DNA of 64,000 nt. Source: an uncultured Gammaproteobacteria bacterium. Its GTDB lineage: Bacteria > Pseudomonadota > Gammaproteobacteria > Arenicellales > Poriferihabitantaceae. Position numbers and translations under genes: made by a program. Of the stretch, positions 52,545 to 64,000 are shown piece by piece. The notes below the pieces were generated by a model. That model was not told where the DNA came from. It ran no database searches and worked only from the letters and a program-made list of their open reading frames with translations. The first letter of the stretch is position 1. Every line of letters starts with the position of its first letter. The stretch spans positions 1,268-65,267 of the forward strand of contig CALKKV010000029.1 of the NCBI GenBank assembly GCA_937992195.1. The letters are read 5' to 3'.

Positions 52545-53954
52545 ATGCCTACAGTTACTCGCTTCCCACCAAGCCCAACCGGCTATCTTCATATTGGCGG
52601 AGCCAGAACAGCGCTATTCAATTGGCTATATGCAAGGAAAATGGGCGGTGAAATGGTGTTGCGGATTGAAGACACGGATTTGGAGCGCTCTACTAAAGAG
52701 GCGGTGGATGTCATTATGCAGGGCATGGAATGGATGGGGTTGAGCTGGAATCAAGGGCCTTTCTTTCAAACCGAGCGCTTTGATCGTTATCGAGAAGTAA
52801 TAGAAATGTTACTTGCGCGTGATGATGCATATTACTGTTTTTGTTCGAGAGAACGTTTGGAAGAAGTGAGAGAACAGCAGCGCGCGAATGGTGAAAAGCC
52901 GCGTTACGATCACTGTTGTCGGGATTTAGATAGAGTGCCAACAGCTGACGAATCCGCAGTGATCCGGTTTCGTAATCCATTAGAGGGACAAGTTGTCTTC
53001 GATGATGTCGTGCGTGGCAGCGTTACGGTTGAAAATAAAGAAATGGACGATCTTATCATTGCGCGTAGCGATGGCTCGCCCACATACAATTTAACTGTCG
53101 TGGTTGATGATATGGATATGAAAATCACACACGTTATTCGCGGTGACGACCATACCAACAATACCCCCAGACAGATCAACATATTTAAGGCGCTTGGCGC
53201 TGACCTGCCGGTATTTGCCCATGTACCTTTAATTCTGGGTTCTGATGGTCAGCGTCTTTCCAAGCGTCATGGTGCTGTAAGCGTTCTCGAGTACCGCGAT
53301 ATGGGAATATTGCCAGAGGCGTTGTTAAATTATCTCGTTAGACTGGGCTGGTCACATGGTGATCAAGAAATTTTCGAACTGGATGAAATGATCGAGCTAT
53401 TTGATATCAAAGATATCAATAAATCAGCCGCCAGTTTTGATATGGATAAGTTGCTTTGGGTCAATCAACATTATCTCAAGCAAGCTGATGCCGAACGTCT
53501 TGGCAATGAATTGGCGAAACGCCTGCACCATCGTGGCATTGGTTTATGTGACGGTCCGAAGGTAAATGAAGTGATAGAACTGTTTCGTGATCGCTGTACA
53601 ACTTTGGAGGATCTGGCAGATCAGGTCATCTATCTCTATCAGGATATCGACCAATTCGATGAAAAAGCAGTAAATAAGCATTTCACCGCTGAAGCTGGAG
53701 AGCTGCTCGCTGTTTTCGCGGATAAAATTGGTTCGCTGAGTGATTGGAGCGCTCCCGAGATAAATACCGTTTTAAAGCAAACGGTGGAAGCTGCCGGTGT
53801 TAAATTCCCTCAATTAGCGTTGCCGTTAAGGGTGGCACTATCTGGTAGCGCTGCAACCCCATCAATTGATCAGATTGTGATGATGGTGGGTAAAGATCGC
53901 ACCGTAAATCGGATCAATAACGCGCAAATAATGATAGAAAAAACAATCAAATAA
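52545..53954 (+). CDS. gltX: Glutamate--tRNA ligase
   Basis: TRFPPSPTGYLHIGGART (HIGH), LRIEDTD, CFC...C..., RLSKRHGA (KMSKS); ATG 52545. Confidence 0.97.
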   Translation: MPTVTRFPPSPTGYLHIGGARTALFNWLYARKMGGEMVLRIEDTDLERSTKEAVDVIMQGMEWMGLSWNQGPFFQTERFDRYREVIEMLLARDDAYYCFCSRERLEEVREQQRANGEKPRYDHCCRDLDRVPTADESAVIRFRNPLEGQVVFDDVVRGSVTVENKEMDDLIIARSDGSPTYNLTVVVDDMDMKITHVIRGDDHTNNTPRQINIFKALGADLPVFAHVPLILGSDGQRLSKRHGAVSVLEYRDMGILPEALLNYLVRLGWSHGDQEIFELDEMIELFDIKDINKSAASFDMDKLLWVNQHYLKQADAERLGNELAKRLHHRGIGLCDGPKVNEVIELFRDRCTTLEDLADQVIYLYQDIDQFDEKAVNKHFTAEAGELLAVFADKIGSLSDWSAPEINTVLKQTVEAAGVKFPQLALPLRVALSGSAATPSIDQIVMMVGKDRTVNRINNAQIMIEKTIK

Positions 53955-53968
53955 CGATCAGAAAGTTC

Positions 53969-54005
53969 TTGATCGGTATAGATCAAAACCTTACAATACG
54001 GCGCC
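53969..54005 (+). promoter_or_regulatory. Sigma70 stable-RNA promoter for tRNA-Ala/tRNA-Glu
   Basis: TTGATC-17 nt-TACAAT plus GC-rich discriminator ACGGCGCC. Confidence 0.75.
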
Positions 54006-54008
54006 TTC

Positions 54009-54084
54009 GGGGCCATAGCTCAGCTGGGAGAGCGCAACACTGGCAGTGTTGAGGTCGGCGGTTCGATCCCGCCTGGCTCCACCA
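54009..54084 (+). tRNA. tRNA-Ala(GGC)
   Basis: GGGGCCA acceptor with G3:U70, anticodon arm CAACA-CTGGCAG-TGTTG, CCA end. Confidence 0.97.
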
Positions 54085-54211
54085 GTTTTAGTGAATTTTG
54101 GTAGCCTGAAGCGCTGCGTAACGAATTAAAAGAGCGTGTTGTAACCAACATGCGAACCGGCTTCCTGAGAGCTTGGACAATAAGCACGATCATCTGGTGC
54201 TGACAGTTTAA

Positions 54212-54288
54212 GTCCCCATCGTCTAGTTGGCCTAGGACACCGCCCTTTCACGGCGGCGACAGGGGTTCGAATCCCCTTGGGGACGCCA
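54212..54288 (+). tRNA. tRNA-Glu(TTC)
   Basis: GTCCCCA acceptor, anticodon arm CCGCC-CTTTCAC-GGCGG, GTTCGAAT, CCA end. Confidence 0.97.
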
Positions 54289-54291
54289 TAC

Positions 54292-54323
54292 AAAAAAGCC
54301 CGTGCATAGCGGGCTTTTTTTTT
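54292..54323 (+). terminator. Rho-independent terminator after tRNA-Glu
   Basis: AAAAAAGCCCG-TGCATAG-CGGGCTTTTTTTTT. Confidence 0.92.
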
Positions 54324-54454
54324 GTTGTTTCCCGTTGCAAATGAATGGTCTCGGGTTCCTTATAAAGCACTTTTCATTTTATTATATACACGCATAATTG
54401 AATAAAACAGACGATTCGCTGTCTATACTTCCACCTATATATGGAACAAGTTTG

Positions 54455-57367
54455 ATGTTAGAAAAATCTAATCGCCTTTTACAACTCGCTGTTTTAGTGA
54501 GCAGTTTTTCGGTTTCTAGTGCAGGTTTCTCTGCTGAAACCGAAACGCAAACCGGAGATAAATCGCCGATTGAGCCAATAACAAGCGAAACAGATACCAA
54601 TCAGTATCGTGGTTTGGTTCTGGAGAACGGATTGAAAGTGATGCTGGTTTCTGACCCGGATGCGGATCAGGCGGCTGCGGCATTAGATGTGCATGTTGGC
54701 AGTGGAAGTGACCCTGAGGGATGGAATGGGCTGGCGCATTTCCTTGAGCATATGTTGTTTTTAGGGAATGGAAAATACCCTGAAGCCGGGGAGTATCAAA
54801 AGTTCATACAGAGTAGAGGTGGCAGTAATAATGCATATACGGCCTACGACCATACTAATTATTTCTTCAGTGTAAATCACGATAGTTTGCTTCCGGCACT
54901 AGATCGATTTTCACGATTTTTTATTGACCCGACTTTTGAAGAAACCTATGTCGAGAGGGAGCGCGCCGTTGTGCATTCGGAGTATCAGGCACGACTCAAA
55001 GATGAGGGTAGACGAATTTGGGCTGCACAAAAACAAATATTAAATCCGGGGCATCCGGGTTCGCGGTTTTCTGTTGGGTCACTCAAAACGCTAGCCGATA
55101 GAGAAGAAAGTTCTACCAGAGACAAATTGATTTCATTTTACAAGCGTTGGTACTCGGCAAATATTATGGCCTTGAGCGTGGTTGGTCGGGAAGATTTGGA
55201 TCAGCTCGAAAAATGGGTTCGGGAACGCTTTTCAGAAGTGCCTAATCATGAGATTGAGGCGCCGCTTTATCGGCAGTCTTATTTGAATAAAGAATTGCTG
55301 CCAGGTCGAATTGATATCGTTCCTGAAATAGATACCTATAGCGTCGCGTTTCAATTCGCCATTCCCAGTACAACTTCTGACTATCATAGTAAACCTGTTA
55401 GCTATATTGCGAACCTACTTGGCCATGAAGGTAAGGGATCTTTGCTTGCTGCTTTGAAGGAGTTAGGTTGGGCAGACTCTCTCAGCGCCGGCGCCGGGTT
55501 TATGGATAGAGGACAAGGAACTCTGCAGGTTTCGATTGGATTGACGGAGCCAGGCGCTGAGCAAGTAGATGAGATAGGCACCATGCTATTTCATTATATT
55601 CATCTGATCCAGGAGAATGGTCTGGAAGACTGGCGCTATGAGGAAGAGAAACAGCTAGGGGAGATTGCCTTTCGGTTTGCTGAGCAGCCAAGTGCTTCAA
55701 GGATCGCTAGCTCTATTGCATCTCGACTGCATGACTATCCGGTTGAGGAAGTGCTTTCGGGGCCGTATTTGTTGAAAGAGTTCAAGCCTGATTTGCTGAA
55801 GAATATTCTGTCTCGATTAGTGCCAGAAAGCGTGATGGTACAGTTGGTATCGCCGAAGCATAAAGCAAGGAAAGTATCGCCGTACTACGATGTTAAGTAT
55901 GAAATTACCAAAATTGATGCGGGTATCATCCAGCGTTGGCAGGATGCGCATGCAGTTAATTTTCCTCAGCTTGTTTTGCCTAAGAGTAACCCCTTTATTC
56001 CAGAAAGACTCTCTCTTCAAGAGAACTTGGTCGAAACTACAAAACCAGTAGAAATTATAAGGGAAGACGGCGTAGAGCTATGGTACAAGCCGGACCAATC
56101 ATTTAGAACGCCTCGCTCAAGCTTTTATTTTAGTCTCAAGTCCGAGCAAGCGAATGCGTCACCCCGCAGTTTGGTGATGACCGAGCTCGCTGTGCGGCTG
56201 CTCAATGATCAGTTAAATACAGAAACTTACCCGGCCAGACTTGCCGGCTTGCGTGTGAGTTTATATAGACATAGCCGGGGTGTCAGTGTTCGTTTAGGCG
56301 GATATCAAGATGGTCAAAAAGCGCTTTTAGAAGTTGTATTGGGTGCTTTGAAACAACCAAACATAGAGCAAGACAAGCTTGATCTGATTAAAGATGAGCT
56401 TGGACGTGAGCTAGCCAATACTGCTAAGGAACGTCCTTCGAGTCAGACGGTGCATGAAATTTATCGCTTGTTGCTGTCACCGTATTGGACTGAGGAGGAG
56501 CGAATCGCGGAATTGGATTCAGTGACTTTGGATGAAGTCGAGCAACATTTGCAGACTCTGTTGTCGGATGTGCAGATTAGTGTTCTTGCGCATGGAGATA
56601 TTTCTCTTGATCAAACCTCCGAGATGGCCAATATCGTTGCCGCCCAGTTCGAAAACGCAATCAGTGGCCAGGAGGTATCCAGAAACCGTTTGCGTGAATT
56701 AGAAAATGGGAGTCAGTATCTTCGTAACAAAGATATAGAACATGATGACACTGCGGTAAGTTACTATTATCAATATCCTGAGAAATCGATTGAAGCGAGG
56801 GCGAGAGTTGGTTTGCTTGGGCAGTTAATAGAAGCGCCATTTTACTTCGATCTTCGAACGACCAATCGGGTTGGCTATCTGGTTTATGCTAGCAATATTA
56901 AAATTTCTGAGGTGCCAGGAGTTTTGATGTCGATTCAAAGTCCCAGTCATTCTGCTTCTGATCTTGACGGTTTGATCGGAGCCTTTATTGAAGGTTTTCC
57001 TAAGCAACTTGAAATGATGTCTGATGAGGAGTTTAATCAGGCGAAGCTAGGCTTGGTGGCCCAGATACTTAAAAAAGATAACCAGCTTTCTCAGCGAACT
57101 GACAGATATTGGACGCAGATTGATCTTAAAGAATATAAGTTTGATACGCGCGAAGTGATCACCAATGCCATTCGGACGCTGGAAAAGGGTGATGTGCTTG
57201 AGACATTTAATGTGTTATTTGACGAAAGTAAGCGCTTGCTGCTTGTGCAATCTCCAGGCCGAAGAGAGGGGGCTAGTGAGAACGCGGTGAATGGCAGCGA
57301 ATGGATAGATACTAAGGCGCCAACAATCTTTCGTGAAACTGCTAAACAGTACTTTCCTGCGCTCTAG
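54455..57367 (+). CDS. Periplasmic M16A (insulinase/pitrilysin, PtrA-like) zinc peptidase
   Basis: Signal peptide from ATG 54455; GLAHFLEHMLF (HxxEH), GGSNNAYT, ERER.VVHSEY, LRT...GY.V. Confidence 0.9.
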   Translation: MLEKSNRLLQLAVLVSSFSVSSAGFSAETETQTGDKSPIEPITSETDTNQYRGLVLENGLKVMLVSDPDADQAAAALDVHVGSGSDPEGWNGLAHFLEHMLFLGNGKYPEAGEYQKFIQSRGGSNNAYTAYDHTNYFFSVNHDSLLPALDRFSRFFIDPTFEETYVERERAVVHSEYQARLKDEGRRIWAAQKQILNPGHPGSRFSVGSLKTLADREESSTRDKLISFYKRWYSANIMALSVVGREDLDQLEKWVRERFSEVPNHEIEAPLYRQSYLNKELLPGRIDIVPEIDTYSVAFQFAIPSTTSDYHSKPVSYIANLLGHEGKGSLLAALKELGWADSLSAGAGFMDRGQGTLQVSIGLTEPGAEQVDEIGTMLFHYIHLIQENGLEDWRYEEEKQLGEIAFRFAEQPSASRIASSIASRLHDYPVEEVLSGPYLLKEFKPDLLKNILSRLVPESVMVQLVSPKHKARKVSPYYDVKYEITKIDAGIIQRWQDAHAVNFPQLVLPKSNPFIPERLSLQENLVETTKPVEIIREDGVELWYKPDQSFRTPRSSFYFSLKSEQANASPRSLVMTELAVRLLNDQLNTETYPARLAGLRVSLYRHSRGVSVRLGGYQDGQKALLEVVLGALKQPNIEQDKLDLIKDELGRELANTAKERPSSQTVHEIYRLLLSPYWTEEERIAELDSVTLDEVEQHLQTLLSDVQISVLAHGDISLDQTSEMANIVAAQFENAISGQEVSRNRLRELENGSQYLRNKDIEHDDTAVSYYYQYPEKSIEARARVGLLGQLIEAPFYFDLRTTNRVGYLVYASNIKISEVPGVLMSIQSPSHSASDLDGLIGAFIEGFPKQLEMMSDEEFNQAKLGLVAQILKKDNQLSQRTDRYWTQIDLKEYKFDTREVITNAIRTLEKGDVLETFNVLFDESKRLLLVQSPGRREGASENAVNGSEWIDTKAPTIFRETAKQYFPAL

Positions 57368-57394
57368 TGCGCCGGAAATATCGTTTGGGCAGCT

Positions 57395-57904
57395 ATGATT
57401 GATGCTAATTCACAGTTGATATGTGGTGAACTTGGTGTCGCTATCACCAAAAAGCAGGGGCGTTTGATAACTATTGAATCCTGCACAGGTGGCGGTGTCG
57501 CTCATGCGATTACTGAGACTCCTGGTTCGTCAGCCTGGTTTGATCGATCATTGGTTACCTATAGTAATCAGGCGAAGACTGATCTTGCAGCAGTTCCGGC
57601 TAGTTTGTTGAAAGAGTTTGGTGCCGTAAGTGTCGAAGTTGCTGAAGCAATGGCGATTGGGGGGTTGACTAAGAGTGATTTAGATGTCGCCAATTCCTAC
57701 AGCATCGCGATTACCGGTATTGCTGGCCCGGATGGCGGCACCGCTGAAAAACCCGTTGGGCTGGTATGTTTTGCTTGGGGGCAAAGAGTGGATAATCGCT
57801 GTGAATTGATGCATTCCAGCGTAGAGCATTTTTCCGGAAACCGCGCTGCGATACGGAAACAGAGTGTGCAATTCTCGCTACAAACCCTTGTTGATAGACT
57901 TTGA
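57395..57904 (+). CDS. pncC: Nicotinamide mononucleotide deamidase (CinA C-terminal domain)
   Basis: ESCTGG, PGSSAWF, TYSNQAK, GAVS.EVA.AMA.G, ITGIAGPDGG..EKPVG. Confidence 0.9.
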   Translation: MIDANSQLICGELGVAITKKQGRLITIESCTGGGVAHAITETPGSSAWFDRSLVTYSNQAKTDLAAVPASLLKEFGAVSVEVAEAMAIGGLTKSDLDVANSYSIAITGIAGPDGGTAEKPVGLVCFAWGQRVDNRCELMHSSVEHFSGNRAAIRKQSVQFSLQTLVDRL

Positions 57905-58016
57905 CTGAACTGAGATCGTCGTCTTTTAACCGGCTGTTTGGTTTAAAATAGCCTGTGCGCGTCTGTGTTGCGTTTCCTTATCAACGCTGTATTTTCAGCG
58001 AATTACTGATCATAAA

Positions 58017-58982
58017 ATGAGCCTGGATTACCTCGAATTCGAAAAACCAATTGCTGAACTTGAAGAGAGAATTCTTGAGCTACAGCGGCTGAGTGACGAC
58101 AGATCGATGAATTTTGATGAGGAGATCGAGACCATGCGTGAGAAAAATCGGTCGCTTACCGCGGATATCTTTTCAAAATTGTCCGCCTGGCAAATTACGC
58201 AAATTGCCCGGCATCCCTTGCGTCCTTATACGCTGGATTATATCGAGCGAATTGTTTCCGACTTTCAGGAAGTGCACGGGGACAGGATGTATGCAGATGA
58301 CCCGGCTATTGTTGCAGGGCTAGGTAAGATTGGTAGCAGATCTGTGGCGATTATCGGTCATCAGAAAGGCAGGGATACCAAAGAGCGAACGCGTCGTAAT
58401 TTCGGAATGCCCAGACCCGAAGGTTATCGAAAATCTCAACGCGTAATGCAGTTAGCTTCTCGCTTTGGCTTACCCGTTGTGACGTTGATCGATACTGCAG
58501 GTGCGTACCCAGGAGTGGGCGCTGAAGAAAGAGGTCAGAGTGAGGCAATTGCGCGCTCTCTGGAGGTTATGGCTTCAGTTGAAACGCCGGTTGTATCCGT
58601 GGTTATCGGTGAGGGCGGATCAGGTGGTGCGCTGGCAATCGGCGTCTGTGATCATCTTCTGATGCTGGAATATGCAGTATATTCTGTAATTTCTCCAGAA
58701 GGCTGCGCTTCCATTCTATGGAAAAGTGCTGAAAAGGCCTCCGATGCCGCAGAAGCGATGAAGATGACTACCAAGGATTTATCTGCCCAAGGTTTGGTCG
58801 ATGAGGTGATTCAGGAGCCTTTGGGCGGGGCCCATCGTGACTACGATTCTGCTGCTGAATCGATTGAACGACATATTACGCTGGCTTTGGATAAGCTTGA
58901 AGCTTCACCAAAAGAAGAAATGCTGGAAAATAGGTATCAGCGTCTGATGTCTCTTGGACGCTTCGACCGTAAGTCGGCGTGA
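58017..58982 (+). CDS. accA: Acetyl-CoA carboxylase carboxyltransferase alpha subunit
   Basis: [52 protein letters not shown]. Confidence 0.97.
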   Translation: MSLDYLEFEKPIAELEERILELQRLSDDRSMNFDEEIETMREKNRSLTADIFSKLSAWQITQIARHPLRPYTLDYIERIVSDFQEVHGDRMYADDPAIVAGLGKIGSRSVAIIGHQKGRDTKERTRRNFGMPRPEGYRKSQRVMQLASRFGLPVVTLIDTAGAYPGVGAEERGQSEAIARSLEVMASVETPVVSVVIGEGGSGGALAIGVCDHLLMLEYAVYSVISPEGCASILWKSAEKASDAAEAMKMTTKDLSAQGLVDEVIQEPLGGAHRDYDSAAESIERHITLALDKLEASPKEEMLENRYQRLMSLGRFDRKSA

Positions 58983-59012
58983 TTCAAAATACGTTCTGAA
59001 CAGGGTCCTTTA

Positions 59013-60368
59013 GTGGCTTTTGATTCTCGCTTTCTGAAAAGTAGATTAACGGCTCTCAATTGCGGTGATATTGCAGGTCGTTACGCTGTAGCCCTGAGCG
59101 GGGGGGCGGACTCGGTAGCGCTTCTTATCGCGCTTTCTGAATATGTTCCTGGTAATCAGCTTTTGGCGCTCCATTTTGATCATGCAATTCACCCTGATTC
59201 TGCCGACTGGTCACAATACTGCCAAGATCTGTGCGCGCGTAAAAAAATAAAATTTTATACCGCGAGGTGGCAAGAGCAGGATGTAGCAATAAAACAACAA
59301 GAAGCATCAGCGCGCGAAGCACGGTATCGATGGTTCGCTGAAACGATGGATGAATCTGATGTGTTATTAACTGGGCACCACGCAGATGACCAGACCGAAA
59401 CTGTACTGATGAGTTTGTTTGAGGGCAGGAGCCTAAGAAGAGTAGCTGGGATGAGTGCAAACCGACCACTACAGCTTGGGAGTCAGCAATCGATTGTGCG
59501 ACCTTTGCTGGACGTAAGGCGTGCTGAGTTACAGCAGTTTCTCCAACAAAGAGGTGTAGAGTGGATTGAAGATCCGGCGAATGCAAATGGCAAGCACTCG
59601 CGCAGTTGGATTCGAACCGAGGTTATGCCGCGAATAAGCCAACGCTGGCCATCGGTTGTTAGTAATATTGATCGAGTATCGACGCAGCTGATGGAAACGT
59701 TGGAAATTGTCGATGACGTAGCGAGTAAGGCAGTTTTGACTCATGCTCGTGCCGCGCGAAGGACCTTATTTTGCAGAACGGACCCGCTTTATCTGGAACC
59801 CTTGATCTCAGGCTCTGAAGGTCAATTCTGCGCAATTTTGAGACAATGGGTTTATCAGGGAGGTATAGGGTCACCCGGAAGAAAGCAGTTAAGTGAGTTT
59901 TTTCGACAGCTTAGGGAAGTCGGTTCCGAGCACCACTGCCGTTTGTCAGTGAATGATGCAGAGGTTGTGTTTTATGACGAGCACTTGTTTCTAATTGAAG
60001 AGCGCGGGTTCCAGTTGGGGGAAGCCTTACCGGCCCGTCTTGATCAAAATACAGTTTGCTGTGGACTGCGTTTAACTTACGCCATTGATCAAAAAGGCTT
60101 TCACCGAAATATGTTGCAGTCTCAGAATATACATTGGCGCAAAAGGCGAAATGATGATCGATTTACAGTCTCCACTAGCTCCGGATCTACGAGTTTAAAA
60201 AAAGCCATGCAACAGGCAAAGCTGGCACCTTGGCTGCGTCATTCATTGCCCTTGCTCGTTCAGAATGAAGAAGTGGTATGGGCGCACGGTCTTGGTGTCA
60301 ATGCCCGCTTTCAGGCTCATGACGGCGGTGATGCAGAAGGTGTGTTGCCAATGTTTACGATCGACTGA
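59013..60368 (+). CDS. tilS: tRNA(Ile)-lysidine synthetase
   Basis: PP-loop ALSGGADS, AREARY, TGHHADDQTET, VRPLL, WIEDPAN. Confidence 0.93.
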   Translation: MAFDSRFLKSRLTALNCGDIAGRYAVALSGGADSVALLIALSEYVPGNQLLALHFDHAIHPDSADWSQYCQDLCARKKIKFYTARWQEQDVAIKQQEASAREARYRWFAETMDESDVLLTGHHADDQTETVLMSLFEGRSLRRVAGMSANRPLQLGSQQSIVRPLLDVRRAELQQFLQQRGVEWIEDPANANGKHSRSWIRTEVMPRISQRWPSVVSNIDRVSTQLMETLEIVDDVASKAVLTHARAARRTLFCRTDPLYLEPLISGSEGQFCAILRQWVYQGGIGSPGRKQLSEFFRQLREVGSEHHCRLSVNDAEVVFYDEHLFLIEERGFQLGEALPARLDQNTVCCGLRLTYAIDQKGFHRNMLQSQNIHWRKRRNDDRFTVSTSSGSTSLKKAMQQAKLAPWLRHSLPLLVQNEEVVWAHGLGVNARFQAHDGGDAEGVLPMFTID

Positions 60369-60407
60369 ATTGCCGCAATCAATCTGTTCGCGGCGAGCGG
60401 AATTTTG

Positions 60408-60436
60408 TTGAGACGGTACTAGAATTTTGATACCAT
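60408..60436 (+). promoter_or_regulatory. Candidate sigma70 promoter for pyrG
   Basis: TTGAGA-17 nt-TACCAT with extended -10 TG. Confidence 0.5.
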
Positions 60437-60700
60437 ACTCTCCCGTCCGGAGAACATTGTTTTATGTTCTTCAACAGCCGAGGCAAATTAGCCCTCAGCA
60501 GATTTACAGTTAGTTTCCGAATCATCTAAAACGAGCATATTGCTGTCTAGCAGAGCGCGCTTTTCTGTTATGGCTTCAGTCGTTGCAAATATAGATGATA
60601 GTTTGAAAACCTGACGTATCCAGTGTTTAGCTTGATTGCTGACCACGGTGAGTAAGAGAGTAACGGTATCCATGATCATCTTTGGTAACAAGACGGGTAA

Positions 60701-62338
<1,638 letters not shown>

Positions 62339-62354
62339 AGGTTACAATTCAGCC

Positions 62355-63173
62355 ATGAAATTACTTGACTTCGAAGTTGGCTTTGATAAACCGTTTTTTT
62401 TGATCGCGGGCCCGTGTGTTATTGAATCAGAAGAGATGGCGTTGTCCACCGCTGATCAACTCAAAACGATTACCCATAAGCTTGGTATACCGCTTATCTA
62501 TAAATCCTCTTTTGATAAAGCAAATCGCACATCATCTTCCTCTCATCGCGGCCCAGGCAGAGATCAAGGTCTTGAAATACTGAATCGCGTTCGCCAAAAG
62601 GTTGGGGTTCCGGTATTAACTGACGTTCATTCTGTGGCCGATGTTGAGAGTGCTTCTCAGGCGGTAGATGTGATTCAGACTCCGGCATTTTTGTGTCGAC
62701 AAACTGATTTAATCGAGGCCGTTGGCAAGTGTGGTATTCCTTGCAATATTAAAAAGGGCCAGTTTCTCTCGCCGTTAGAGATGCAGCATGTTGTTGCCAA
62801 AGCGAAAAATGAAAACAAGAACGCACCAATTCTGGTATGCGAAAGAGGGGCTTCCTTTGGCTATAATAATCTGGTGGTAGACATGCGCTCTTTAGCGATT
62901 ATGCGCGACACCACTGGATGCCCGGTCGTGTTTGATGCAACCCATTCCGTGCAGTTGCCGGGAGCGGGGGATGGTAAATCTAGCGGGCAGAGTGAGTTTG
63001 TTCCGACTCTAGCCAGCGCAGCGGTCGGGGTTGGGGTAGCGGGAATTTTTATGGAAACCCATCCTGATCCAGCTAATGCGCTGAGTGATGGCCCTAACGC
63101 TTGGCCGCTGGATAGGATGTCATGGCTGTTACATCGACTCAAAAGACTCGACCAGGTAGCAAAGGATAATTAG
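62355..63173 (+). CDS. kdsA: 3-deoxy-8-phosphooctulonate (KDO8P) synthase, metal-dependent type
   Basis: AGPCVIES (Cys metal ligand), [31 protein letters not shown]; ATG 62355. Confidence 0.96.
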   Translation: MKLLDFEVGFDKPFFLIAGPCVIESEEMALSTADQLKTITHKLGIPLIYKSSFDKANRTSSSSHRGPGRDQGLEILNRVRQKVGVPVLTDVHSVADVESASQAVDVIQTPAFLCRQTDLIEAVGKCGIPCNIKKGQFLSPLEMQHVVAKAKNENKNAPILVCERGASFGYNNLVVDMRSLAIMRDTTGCPVVFDATHSVQLPGAGDGKSSGQSEFVPTLASAAVGVGVAGIFMETHPDPANALSDGPNAWPLDRMSWLLHRLKRLDQVAKDN

Positions 63174-63296
63174 AAAGCTGCCTATATCGGTGAAGTATGA
63201 TTCGTGCGTGATCCCATCACGACGATTCTCGGTTTTCGATAGGGTTGCTTTACCTGATTATTAAATTCCTTATTATTTTTATTTTTGTTCTATTGA

Positions 63297-64000
<704 letters not shown>

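Overview
Core chromosomal window from a marine-type gammaproteobacterium. Several gene orders resemble Betaproteobacteria and some secreted-protein motifs suggest an Arenicellales-like lineage (inference). From left to right: (1) rpsA(partial)-ihfB-lapA-lapB-ugd-rfaE1-rfaD-rfbB-rfbA, three GT2 glycosyltransferases (one fused to an atypical SDR) and an MTI phosphorylase; (2) csiV-like and mfd, divergent from ispD-ispF; (3) a minus-strand gdhB-metC-chaC-hinT run, a TPR protein and rlmD; (4) rne, with a 49-unit (Gln-Asn/Ser) tract and an apparently ~1.1 kb structured leader; (5) tRNA-Val-thrS-infC(ATA start)-rpmI-rplT-pheS-pheT-ihfA-merR-like-tRNA-Pro; (6) an ~11 kb accessory block with two convergent DUF1800-DUF1501 pairs around a small secreted CxxCH protein, a truncated GT2 and a secreted Asp/Thr-repeat protein; (7) gltX-tRNA-Ala-tRNA-Glu, an M16 peptidase, pncC and accA-tilS-pyrG-kdsA-eno(partial). 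No integrase, transposase, rRNA or CRISPR array was seen. The best candidate for an undescribed system is the exported DUF1800/DUF1501/cytochrome c module (41800-49870), which has unusual N- and C-terminal motifs. Family calls come from motif recognition by eye, not database searches.
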